Below, in pieces: positions 17,401 to 25,889 of a stretch of 64,000 bases of DNA (positions are counted from its first letter, which is position 1; each line of letters opens with the position of its first letter). Both the position numbers and the translations under genes were made by a program. The stretch is from a virus. Its lineage: Duplodnaviria > Caudoviricetes. The notes under the pieces were generated by a model that had not been told where the DNA came from, ran no database searches, and was given only the letters and a program-made list of their open reading frames with translations. The DNA is taken from the IMG/VR virus record IMGVR_UViG_3300028804_000001, positions 161,629 to 225,628 of that record; one strand, given 5' to 3'.

Positions 17401-19830
17401 TCCAATCTCATCTGGGCTTACAGTATCTATGAACTCGCCAAAGGTCTTAACAAAATCGTCAAAGCCCTTAACTTTGGTCATGACTTTTCCGGCTTTAGAC
17501 TTGGCTCCATCCTGCATAGCCTTAAAGCCATTGAATAGATTTTTATAGCGTTTCAGAGCCAGAGAAGAGGCAGTTGCCATTCCATGTTCGTTATAATCTC
17601 TTTCGAACTGCATTCGAATGGCAGCCATCCGATTATGGATCCTACTGTAAAAAGCATCACTATAGGCCAATTGGGGGCCTTCAAACACTAGGGATACTTT
17701 CTTAAATACATCCGCGGTTGGATTTTCTTTATTCCTTGGAGCAGCAAATGTGAATTCAAAGGTCCTATTTCCGCCGGCACTTTGAATGGTTTTTGAATAG
17801 ATTTTTCTAGCTAATTGTGCCGAATCGTATCTAGACTGACGGGCATCCAGCCTATCCGTAATACGCTTATATCTGCTGTACACTATCTCGTTGAATGAAG
17901 GAGATACTCCTCCTTCTTTTGGTTCTACGCCCCATTTATTCTTTATACGATCTAACAAAAGATTATTGGCATCTATAGTCTTAAATGAGAACCCAAAATT
18001 AACTCCAGTTTGCATCATCTCTTTAACATGGCGTGCATACTTTGTGGCCATCTGATTAGACCATGGAGTAATCGATGCTACATTAAAAGCTCTAGGATCT
18101 GCAAGCTTTCTAGATCCTGGATGTCCTTGAATATCATCCGGGCTCATCTTAAATGACCAGCTAAATTGATCTTTAGTTCCTGATAATCCCGTGGGTATCT
18201 TCGGAACTTCATTTAGATGCCCTAGCTTACTGGTAAGGATATCATCCATCTTATGGAATAACTTATAGTGATCACTCCATGCAAACATAACATCTGCTGC
18301 CATACGAGATGCAGATGAAGCTTTTCCACCATTAGCAGCATAGTCTGCCCAGTAGTTTAAGAGCAAACCTCTCTTCTGCATATAGTTATGAAAACCAGTT
18401 CCAGTTAAAGCCTCTCTAAGATCTGCAGGCATATCTGGACTGGTAAGCATTTGTGCTAGAGGCCCTTCTCTAAATGATCTATCCCATTCATCATCTCCAC
18501 TAAGAAGACCCATCAATACATGTTCTGATGCAGCTTTCTTGGCATCGAAAGAAGCACGCATTACTCTAGCATCTTCGAGCCTTGCTTCTTCTTGTCCTAC
18601 ATCTATATATTTCTTTTCTCCATCTTTATCACGGTAAGATTTAACATCACCAGATCCACCTTCTACAAGTCTACGCATCATTCGGTAACTTAAGGATGAA
18701 TAGGTGGCAACTGAAGATCCTTCATATTCGCCAAAGAGAGTAGAAGATGCGCGCAATAGAGCTCCACCATTCTTAGTTCTCTTGGCTAGTTCTTCAATAG
18801 TTTGGCGCCCTCTTCCAATATTTTCCAATTCTGCTAAGAAGAATTGCGTGTAGCTCATATAACCAGAAGCTACAGATGTTTTACTTCCAGATCTAAGGAC
18901 GGCTCCCTGGAATCCTATTACTCCATTAGAATCTGAAGATATGACATTTATATTCCTGGGTATTCTCTTAGCACCAGGAACTCTAGGTATACTGCCAACT
19001 CTAGTCGTTACTTCGATATTGGCATTGTACATATCAAAGGATCCGTCTACTGGTACAGCAACATGAATCTCATGAGTAGATCCAGTAGTTCTATCTCTTA
19101 CTTCAAATGCGGTTATCTTAATACCAATCTGACGGGCTGGTAGTCTTCTTGCTATTGGTCCATTTTCATTAGTTACTAATTCATAATTGCTATGAGCATG
19201 CTTAGAATATTCATCAAGCATCATCATAAACTTTCTTTCTTCTCTAGACATCTGATCTGGAGTGATCATAGATGCCAGCTTCATTGGAGTATGTTCTATA
19301 CCACCGGCAGCTTCTGCAAGAGTCTTATCGAATGGACTCATCTTACTGATTACATATTCTTCTATAACTGCTTTTTGTTTTCCAGGATCGTTGGAGTATT
19401 TCTCCATTAAGTTCTTAAGTTCATCATGAGCTCCAGCCATAACCTCTTCAAGAGAGAGATTACTAAGCTGACCTTCATCACGTATGTTTCTTAAAAGCTG
19501 CGCAAGTTTAGGATCTCCTTCTACAGTATATCCGCCAGGAGAAGCCTCGGTTCTTTTAAAGAACTCCTCCCCTTCCAGGATGAGGGGATTCCTTTGTGGA
19601 TTTCTTTTACGCTCTCGCTCGGCATGAATCTTACGATATTCATCTTCAGCCTTCTTAACCATCTTTCCCTGTTGTTTAGCCATGGCATTTCTAAGTGCCA
19701 GGACACCAACAGGGACACCTACAAAATAGGCAAACTGCTGAAGAGGAAAAGCGGCTTTAGAGATAATCCCAGGATCTGTTGGATCATCTTCATTATCCGG
19801 TAAATCTACATTATGAAAGTAATCTTTCAT
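11488..19830 (-). CDS. 2780-aa giant virion protein, putative single-chain two-barrel (double-psi) RNA polymerase
   Basis: ADGDQDSD (DxDxD, nt 13801-13821) with an Arg 38 residues upstream (FRQS), like beta-prime R...NADFDGD; K-x7-K (IKSVPDGDYK, nt 16594-16620), like the beta-subunit lysine pair. TAATG-coupled to the tape-measure-like gene. Confidence 0.6.
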   Translation of the reverse strand: MKDYFHNVDLPDNEDDPTDPGIISKAAFPLQQFAYFVGVPVGVLALRNAMAKQQGKMVKKAEDEYRKIHAERERKRNPQRNPLILEGEEFFKRTEASPGGYTVEGDPKLAQLLRNIRDEGQLSNLSLEEVMAGAHDELKNLMEKYSNDPGKQKAVIEEYVISKMSPFDKTLAEAAGGIEHTPMKLASMITPDQMSREERKFMMMLDEYSKHAHSNYELVTNENGPIARRLPARQIGIKITAFEVRDRTTGSTHEIHVAVPVDGSFDMYNANIEVTTRVGSIPRVPGAKRIPRNINVISSDSNGVIGFQGAVLRSGSKTSVASGYMSYTQFFLAELENIGRGRQTIEELAKRTKNGGALLRASSTLFGEYEGSSVATYSSLSYRMMRRLVEGGSGDVKSYRDKDGEKKYIDVGQEEARLEDARVMRASFDAKKAASEHVLMGLLSGDDEWDRSFREGPLAQMLTSPDMPADLREALTGTGFHNYMQKRGLLLNYWADYAANGGKASSASRMAADVMFAWSDHYKLFHKMDDILTSKLGHLNEVPKIPTGLSGTKDQFSWSFKMSPDDIQGHPGSRKLADPRAFNVASITPWSNQMATKYARHVKEMMQTGVNFGFSFKTIDANNLLLDRIKNKWGVEPKEGGVSPSFNEIVYSRYKRITDRLDARQSRYDSAQLARKIYSKTIQSAGGNRTFEFTFAAPRNKENPTADVFKKVSLVFEGPQLAYSDAFYSRIHNRMAAIRMQFERDYNEHGMATASSLALKRYKNLFNGFKAMQDGAKSKAGKVMTKVKGFDDFVKTFGEFIDTVSPDEIGKYTRISTNANYVRDRNVGIRSIAYPSYRIDNKKSVIEADFGSKTHRLRFLQLTGDPADELNSVLRSLDDVQRQRIANGLQQTVSNVQHNVATIVSSRGAQWSAVEDGALRVLAKDGYEDGITGVVTTTSSGKFHLRKFINKETGKWDIELAIEGIGESKIIKTGHRARSFLEKLITETESAQAQLASRTDKEVSRSYISRTFKEHNLDAGVEVFSRRGANGWEFNSFSQSLLSWKAHIRSQPVGDNDVEPPIRTLEFDAIKSVPDGDYKQAKHYGVVEKAAMSTREFEVAMQDPYLNKVANAAGLSGGRRGFIIADTASKGTTGYKTMGVITHVYNQTMRATVNALKERYEEFRKRNPRLEAWSLRNLKNEGFLNRFKLVDFHGKRITNLLNLQKYVLEYTFLSTLTPFQISKDAAGAHEYNIQALRGLREVQKGTSSFVDLLKSNQGLADAVERAKSIASNFYTAAPVVVNKTGEYDFIVNLKRGIPNGGFIDDVIGPAPVLWQIGKDDKLNPLKDFDIYNPGKLNSELETIVKKAIDKDTRVGTYHPLVEAGELVSDLIHKFRYGSQSAGAPKLAVELIRDIGSHDLKVEAKRDVSALSGMFSPIQIIEGQHTHTIMYGTDATAKFFPRGGSGVLPSNVHFNMRDLLLLKQRNPAAANMVQEHMASGKLWLEKEIDFQLRFLDSAKSMSDSIKSAAGNIKVKRNAIRSMLLHPYRTDRKRSSFDPKRNPFLTDPVAQAGGDANRALAIVGEIQQNKFLDFKDLIDATIAEARGNIRGPHSLSSMNITEAATKLFDSSKEIGVEQFNILRKNLEDVIRHSGKGPATLKILLSGFEGSEAIVNQLSGLGNRNILEAPLEFNHHDIEDVVRKATLENVDGKKIASARIAKITKGSSTDVAMRFMQMVSALDYIAESKRAYKGDGATLSALEKLNTDIIHGFANDLNGIAEYIKTHGAGKGTQIENRGYKQLIPGTYSMFRSDAIQAKVGTNGSIPISAEQAAGYITMNQEEAIRFMLGVDHGGRKAYKYAAKVNKMIKLVNEAVRISTNISEGQGVHTVSPIWDEVKELGHLQTFIDYLEKTDITRIKDHKQLKDFHNALRFLKRSSVSKRETGLIDFIKSLQDPESANSLKAKLYDESVRRVRGIMKGNINIALTSFRQSIYSPTDFRQLFLRIDNSLHNGQIFGSSIDIALADGDQDSDLMYHIGRGSRDLYISTIEDKAVKLAHARNELQIRASGLLQERLLYQPSNESTFRSYNVATQRWLRKSADIGKNAYYQMTALKDVIDSHVKDTLHLYNIKATPQEIEDLTKTYTKSILKPRMEGRAGANVDELFFISHGLADHDSRKIVLHLSQNSGKLTATMHHPGAGGSGGVFAQIAADDGAIKAAFISDAREKLASKYKKTSEGLKSRLENFFQELGDESGPISDLRGRISPETSSIVKDAAGVPYKYTTFANLTLEVAERNWFTGVKHAASREAFKEDMKKRYGTSNIPSSFNTEVIDTLRERFIRPAAEQLAMQSKHGSANIIRSFVERMQEAAKNVKLVDPTNPFSEITPDSLDKFKNTVRQISNFRAFEVDLGAWEKNVMARTGKDLGRMRYSGYLDIVKKRMLSSDLAIKSLMASQNGEIPTLEAMKNVNIQAMKGPAVGDLQARINAVVEKHGGSQSEALEKFFHSAYERFGSDKYYRNLSRSAKAGNLSRAILTQMASDMEDYSKMGATNAGAHTLMAHYALSMELRAGHVRMMRDFDLSKGMVELQLRITGAAEADRGFRVMKRSAEMGYEYLRGNGELDLHGYVKWINETHAGAPRRAAISGAAWFLNKRADDVSELFKLSNEHESHNYWDSISHAEGGLNLNKSYHSTALEMKNMGKSALVGTFLAMGINQLLSGYAVPDLDRTQGKGGEYWEKKARKQSEMNMKPRAPMVEAADPNRAVDVATAMQYAQQNRTFIQQKDHARNQNFKQKSSYGVRIQ

Positions 19831-22800
19831 TATACTATTTCTATCGTAACCTGCATTGGGCCGTCAGATTGTTCAACACTTATTGTAGGCCGCATACTAG
19901 ACAGAATCCTCTGCAAATGAGCCTTTACCTGCTGCGCATCTACTCTATATGAATCCTTTCTTCTAGGACCGTCTATATCTTCTATAGTCATTTCAGGGAT
20001 ATGCATTCCCATACTCTGCATCTCTGCCATTCTTCTACGAGTCTTCTGCCATCCTAGGCCGGCATCTGTAGCATTAAGACCAGCATTATCCATCGTCTTA
20101 ACAGCAACATCTTCAAGAGGCTGATCGTAGTCTGATACAATCTTTGGATCTACTTTGTAATTACCAGAGAAAGAACCGGGTAAGTAATCTCTCTGAAGTC
20201 CCATTGATCTATCTGCCAGGATAGAAACTTCCTCTGGCATTACTCTTCTAAACTCAGATATGTTTGATGTATTTAATTCACTCAAGATATCATTTAAATA
20301 CATCCGTTCCTGTTTATTGGAAACAGAGGCTATCCTGGAATTTGTTATAACCTGATTAGATTCCAGGGTGGCAGTCATCGTATTCTTCATACGATATCTA
20401 TATTCAGAGGCGCCTGTGGAATCGTATAATTCCTTATAGCGTTCCATCTCTGCTTGATCGGCAGCAGCTAAAATCTGCCGCATCTTCTGGGTCTTATCAG
20501 GAATCCAGCCCGCACCATTAACTATCTGAGCTCCAGTAAGAGACCATGCAGTTCCAGCTAATCCACCAAGAGCTGCTCCTACAGAACCACCAAAAGCAAA
20601 GCCGGCCGTAACCCCAGATGCAGCAGCCTGCAATGGATCCGTCTCTCGAGCCATAAGGTTAAAGTATGGCGATACATATGAATCAATGGGATGATTCCAC
20701 GTTTTAAAAGATTGGCCATAAACCATATCTTCTTCATAAGCTTGGAGAGCTGTTTTATTACCTATGAACTTCCTAGTGATGGGGTTTCTAAATGTGGATA
20801 AATATTCCCATGCTCCACCAATAGCTCTCTCTAAAGGATTGTATTGATCATCTACTTCTCTCTGAGATGTTACTTCATCTGGAGTTAATGCATCTCCTTG
20901 ATTAAGGAATCTAGATTGCATGAAGTTCATGCTCTTTCTTTGCTTCTCTACTTGATCCAGAGTATCCTGGTATACCTGAATATCATTCTCATCAAGTAGT
21001 CCTTGATTCATTTGAGCTCTAACGATCTTAAGTGTGGATCTATACTGATCACTAAACGGTGCAACATCTGCCAGGATCTGCAGTCTATCTATCATGCTGT
21101 AGTTTATTCCTGGTGCTACTGGTAGACCTTCATCATATCTCTTCTTCATGGCAGTTAAACCTTTCTGCCTGTTCATTAAATCTACCGCGGATTCTTGTTC
21201 ATACTTATCCTGGTCGGCCTGAATAATCTCTTCTGTGGTATGACCTTGCTCATCAATACCAACAAGCAATCCTCTCTTCTGGCCACTTAATACCAGGTAA
21301 GCATTCATTGCTCCTTTAGATCCTTCTATAAATCCTCCGGCCTTAGCTAGATAGGGTGCAAACTTAACAGATACAATATCTCCAGAATCTGTTTGGTATG
21401 TAGCATCGGCATATGCTGTTAAGTTCTTTGATGTATCATATACAATACTCTGCTCTTTCATAAGCTTGCCTTCAGCTTTGATAAGAGCTAAGATTTCCTC
21501 TTTCTTCTCGTTTACTTTATCGGCCCATTGATATCTAGGAACAATTACCTCAACATCTCCTGAGTAGAAACCAATTGCATCCTTACTATTTACACCAAGC
21601 ATATCAGCTTCACCAGGAGTCGCTGGTGTGATGTTTCTTAGAGTCTCATATGCTTCCCCAGGTAATCTTGCTTCCCCCGCATCTACCTTTGAATATGGAT
21701 CCCCATGTTTAAAGTCGGTGAAGTATTCTGATCCCGGCATCCAGTTTGGCTGCAGGTTACGTACTGGATTATACATCTCATAATCTTTGGCCTGTCTAGG
21801 AAAGATACGACGGATACCTTCGGTAAGGCCCATAAGGCCACCGAGCTGCATATCCCAGAAGCTGCGCCCTAAGGATCCAATGTTTGGTGCATCTATCTCA
21901 GGAGTCTGAGAGAATAGCTGTTTATTGCCTGTAAATACGTCCTGAAGAACTTCAGCACTAAAACCTCTAAGACCTCCAACTTCCTTTAAGTTATAGAATC
22001 CGTGTGATAATCTACTCTCTATACTATCTCCTTCTAAAGGATCCCCATAGAAAGCATTCTCTACCATACTCGAGGCGCCCATACCAGTAGCTCTGGCCAG
22101 CCTTTGAGTTTCAGTTCCTCGGTTATGGATAATAGCATTAGCGGTTGCCTGTGCAGCTGCCTGTGTTCCAACCATATCCACATCATCTCGATGCATTGGA
22201 GTATTTCCAAGATTAACAAATGGTCCTATGATTGGTATGTTAGAGAATACTCCAGGAGCTGCAAGGGAGGGTCTAGAATAGTAGTGCTTCCTGTTATAGA
22301 CCGCGGGATCTACATAGCTCATCATCTCAGTCATGAGATCGCTTTTAAAGTTGGGAGACCAACGGTAGTCTGATCTCATCATTGCATACATATGCGGCCG
22401 GAAGTAACTGGTCTTATCGCCCAGGAACGAGTTACTACCCAGTTCCCAGAAGCGGGATGTTCTAATCTCTACTTCTTTTTCACCTTTGAATTCTGCTAAA
22501 GTTTCTGCTCGGTTCTTAGATATATCCCATTCTCCAAATAATCCAAGTGGTCCACCGCCCAGTAACATACCAACTGCACCACCGATAACACCACCAGTAA
22601 TCCCACCCCGAGCTCCACCAGCAGCAAATCCCTTTGTAGCTCCAATGACAATAGGGGCAAGACCTCTCAGAGCTCCAGATAAAGGAGAGCTAATAGATCC
22701 TGGTAGCCAGTTCTCTAAATACTTTGCAGTGCTCGTAACTCCAAGAGTATCAAGAACTCCCTGTGCACCTAAACGCATACCAGCATATGCATTCATTGGT

Positions 22801-25800
22801 AGCATATAGATTCCCTCTTTAAGAGGGGTATTGTCAAACAGGGTGCTGTTATCTATAATTCTATCTGCAGCAGTGAGGCCGGCAATTAAACCACCAACCG
22901 GTAGGATCCTCTTGGTAATCCACTTCTGGCCGAGCTCTCTATAGTTGGCATAATGATCTATACCAACTCCCAGGAGACCCATGGTCTTATTAAATGTCCC
23001 GAGAGCGGCTGCCATGAATTCATGACCAAGACCGGTATAGTTTGCTATCTCTTTTGGATTCTGCCCATTGGCATCATATAGCATGGAAGTCCTGGCAGTT
23101 CCAGAACCTTTATCTCCAAATAGAAATACAGTATCAGAAGAGAGAGGAGGATACTTATAACGTGTTGTGGACATGGATTTCATCATCTGAGATCCAGGCG
23201 CCAGTAACTTTTTAACTACCGCTTCCTCTTCCGGTTCTATCTTTAGTATTAATCTATTTATAACATCATTAACATTATCGTGAAAGTGTTCAGGTGGAAC
23301 GGTTAAATCTGGAGTTTGCAAACTCTTAATTGCATTGATCTGAGCATGCGACTTCATGATATTTGAATATGCTCTAATCTCAGTATCACTTCTATATCCT
23401 GCCTTACCCAATACCTTGGACATGGCATCTATGCCTTCGATTATATTACCCTGTCTATCAGTAGTCTTTGCACGCAGAGTAAAGTTATGAAGGAGCATTG
23501 ATTCGTAATCATCTCCAACACTGGAGGTGAAAGATTTACCAGTCCTGGTTAAAAGACTTCGTACGTCAGATGGATTGGTAGTTGTTATTAAATCTCTCAG
23601 CTGCTGAACGGCAGTTACCATGTCTTTGGACTTGTGAGACATTGCCCACTGTTCTACTTTAAGAAGCCTATCTATAGCTTCTGTAGAATCTTTAACACCA
23701 TGGAGGGACATACTGCCTAGAGTCTTCCCAGCATCTTTTAAACCCATAGCATCAAGGCTAGATACTATGTTTCCATAATGCTTACCTTGCATAGTTACAA
23801 AGTCAAACATCGAATGCTGGGAACTTACAATTGTATCTTCGAATACACTAAGTGCTGCTTTCTTAAACGTTTCTCCGCCTGGAGTCTTTGTTAGCTTTGT
23901 GAACTCTCCCTTTGCTTCTTTAGTAAACCATGTAACGGCGTTTCTAGGATTGTTCATCTTCTCGAAGAATCCACTTATCATTGAGAAGACACTCTTAACT
24001 CCAGCGGATCCTATATCCCATTTCTCACGCATGGCGTACGCCCACCCAAGAGCATCCTCTGTGGGTACTCCGTACATATGGGCCATATCTGCTATTTCAC
24101 CTGGACTCCTAGGTCTTGCGTAATTAACTCCAACATAATAGGATCCTTCTCCTTCTCCTATTTTCATAAACCCAATACCTCTGGCAACATGCTCTGCCAT
24201 ATTGGATTTATTATTCTCTACGAAGTGTTTTATCCTACCTCCACCTGCCAGGGTATATTCCTTACCAGAATGACCATTGAGTAATGTTCCATATCCATTC
24301 TCATCTATACGGAAGATACTTCCTTTCTCCAATGGGAGAATGCCTTGTTGGAGATTTCTAAGAAGTCTTTCTTGAAATGGCCGGCTTACATTAACCCCAC
24401 CGGTATTACCAGCATCAAACTTAATATCATTATGAGCTAACCATAGATCATCTAGAAGAGTCTTGGCATGAACTTTAACATCCTTGGATGGTCCAAGAAG
24501 ATCGGCCAATGCCTTCTCAGTCATAGGCCTGAGATCTCCATTAGCATGTGGATCTGCAGAGGCACTAAAGTTATCGAAGATAGTATTTAGATCTTTCCCT
24601 TGTAAAGATCTGGCTTTGTATTGTGGTGCAAATATCTGACGATTGGGAGCACCATGGATATACGATCTAGCAGTTCTGGTAAAGCTACTTCTAAGATAGT
24701 TAGCACCACCGGTTATAATCTTCAAAGGGGCCAGCCCCATTATATTAAAGTTATCAAGAGCATTAGCAGCAAGATCTCTAATCTTGCCCATGTGAAAAGC
24801 TCTAACATCAAATACCTGGCTTTCACCTTCTCCATATCTTATAAGACCACGATCTCTAAAATAGACATTAGCATCATTGGCAGCATGACTTCTAGAAAGT
24901 CCCAGAACTGCATCATTCTGAAACATATCTTTTTGTTTATCTGGGAAAAGCTTCTTAACCCACTTAACAATTCCTTCATCTTTCTGAATCATCTCTCTGT
25001 GTTGTCTAGCTAACTTAACTGCGAAGTCAGGAGTTAAATTAGCATGCGCATCTGCAGCAGATAAGATGCCTCGAGTAACATGTATATCTTCGCTAAAGAT
25101 ACTTCTCTTATTAAGCCTGAAGTCTCTATGCGCTTCGACTAGATCTTTTGCTCTTCTTCTAAGACCGCGGATATTTGTGAAGTCTTGCCAGTGCCTATTC
25201 TTAAAAACCTCCTGTTTCATATGGGATACATAACCCATATTCTCTCCAGCCTGTCGGCTTACAGCATTCATCCCATGGAAGAGAGCCATCCCAATAGGAG
25301 CCATTCTCCCTTTATCGATCATATGATGAACGAAGTTAGCTCTCATCTGCTTACTTACCATACGGCCGGCAGATGATAATGCACCGAATGCTAAAGAGAT
25401 AGGAAGGTAAGAAGCATAGTAATGTGCAAAGTTCATGTCCCGCATCTCGGGACTCTTTGTCTTATCGTATCTATAGATAGCATACATGACTGGCATAATT
25501 GCCAGTTCATTCTTTGCATAATCGAGGGCCCAGGTTCCTACTCTCTGGTTGTGTCCTCCACCTAAGAATCTACCAAGAGCTCTAGAAGTTTTAACTGAGA
25601 ACGGGGACATCTCACCGGCAAACTTCTCAGCTTCAGTAGCAATACGACGCATAGAACGGTATACAGATTGGTATTGCTTACGTGCTGTTCTAACAGCAGA
25701 TCTAGTTACTATATCGTTGAGTGGCTTACCACCATGCTCAAGTATCTCTTTAGTGAGAATGTGTTTCTTTAAAAGGTCATAGCCTATCTTCCGGGTAGCC

Positions 25801-25889
25801 TTAAAGAACTTCCCGGCATTCTTGAGGATTACATTCCCAACTGCAGAGGATCCGAAGATCTGTGTAAATAATGGAACTGGGTTAATCAT
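19830..25889 (-). CDS. Tape-measure-like / ejected virion protein (2019 aa)
   Basis: Directly follows two chaperone-like genes. Ala/Gly-rich helical composition, glycine-zipper hydrophobic segments (GFAAGGARGGITGGVIGGAVGMLLGGG; AGFAFGGSVGAALGGLAG) and a WMPGSEYFTDFKHGDPYSKV...RLPGEAYE block recalled from large-myovirus tape-measure-like proteins. Confidence 0.65.
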   Translation of the reverse strand: MINPVPLFTQIFGSSAVGNVILKNAGKFFKATRKIGYDLLKKHILTKEILEHGGKPLNDIVTRSAVRTARKQYQSVYRSMRRIATEAEKFAGEMSPFSVKTSRALGRFLGGGHNQRVGTWALDYAKNELAIMPVMYAIYRYDKTKSPEMRDMNFAHYYASYLPISLAFGALSSAGRMVSKQMRANFVHHMIDKGRMAPIGMALFHGMNAVSRQAGENMGYVSHMKQEVFKNRHWQDFTNIRGLRRRAKDLVEAHRDFRLNKRSIFSEDIHVTRGILSAADAHANLTPDFAVKLARQHREMIQKDEGIVKWVKKLFPDKQKDMFQNDAVLGLSRSHAANDANVYFRDRGLIRYGEGESQVFDVRAFHMGKIRDLAANALDNFNIMGLAPLKIITGGANYLRSSFTRTARSYIHGAPNRQIFAPQYKARSLQGKDLNTIFDNFSASADPHANGDLRPMTEKALADLLGPSKDVKVHAKTLLDDLWLAHNDIKFDAGNTGGVNVSRPFQERLLRNLQQGILPLEKGSIFRIDENGYGTLLNGHSGKEYTLAGGGRIKHFVENNKSNMAEHVARGIGFMKIGEGEGSYYVGVNYARPRSPGEIADMAHMYGVPTEDALGWAYAMREKWDIGSAGVKSVFSMISGFFEKMNNPRNAVTWFTKEAKGEFTKLTKTPGGETFKKAALSVFEDTIVSSQHSMFDFVTMQGKHYGNIVSSLDAMGLKDAGKTLGSMSLHGVKDSTEAIDRLLKVEQWAMSHKSKDMVTAVQQLRDLITTTNPSDVRSLLTRTGKSFTSSVGDDYESMLLHNFTLRAKTTDRQGNIIEGIDAMSKVLGKAGYRSDTEIRAYSNIMKSHAQINAIKSLQTPDLTVPPEHFHDNVNDVINRLILKIEPEEEAVVKKLLAPGSQMMKSMSTTRYKYPPLSSDTVFLFGDKGSGTARTSMLYDANGQNPKEIANYTGLGHEFMAAALGTFNKTMGLLGVGIDHYANYRELGQKWITKRILPVGGLIAGLTAADRIIDNSTLFDNTPLKEGIYMLPMNAYAGMRLGAQGVLDTLGVTSTAKYLENWLPGSISSPLSGALRGLAPIVIGATKGFAAGGARGGITGGVIGGAVGMLLGGGPLGLFGEWDISKNRAETLAEFKGEKEVEIRTSRFWELGSNSFLGDKTSYFRPHMYAMMRSDYRWSPNFKSDLMTEMMSYVDPAVYNRKHYYSRPSLAAPGVFSNIPIIGPFVNLGNTPMHRDDVDMVGTQAAAQATANAIIHNRGTETQRLARATGMGASSMVENAFYGDPLEGDSIESRLSHGFYNLKEVGGLRGFSAEVLQDVFTGNKQLFSQTPEIDAPNIGSLGRSFWDMQLGGLMGLTEGIRRIFPRQAKDYEMYNPVRNLQPNWMPGSEYFTDFKHGDPYSKVDAGEARLPGEAYETLRNITPATPGEADMLGVNSKDAIGFYSGDVEVIVPRYQWADKVNEKKEEILALIKAEGKLMKEQSIVYDTSKNLTAYADATYQTDSGDIVSVKFAPYLAKAGGFIEGSKGAMNAYLVLSGQKRGLLVGIDEQGHTTEEIIQADQDKYEQESAVDLMNRQKGLTAMKKRYDEGLPVAPGINYSMIDRLQILADVAPFSDQYRSTLKIVRAQMNQGLLDENDIQVYQDTLDQVEKQRKSMNFMQSRFLNQGDALTPDEVTSQREVDDQYNPLERAIGGAWEYLSTFRNPITRKFIGNKTALQAYEEDMVYGQSFKTWNHPIDSYVSPYFNLMARETDPLQAAASGVTAGFAFGGSVGAALGGLAGTAWSLTGAQIVNGAGWIPDKTQKMRQILAAADQAEMERYKELYDSTGASEYRYRMKNTMTATLESNQVITNSRIASVSNKQERMYLNDILSELNTSNISEFRRVMPEEVSILADRSMGLQRDYLPGSFSGNYKVDPKIVSDYDQPLEDVAVKTMDNAGLNATDAGLGWQKTRRRMAEMQSMGMHIPEMTIEDIDGPRRKDSYRVDAQQVKAHLQRILSSMRPTISVEQSDGPMQVTIEIV

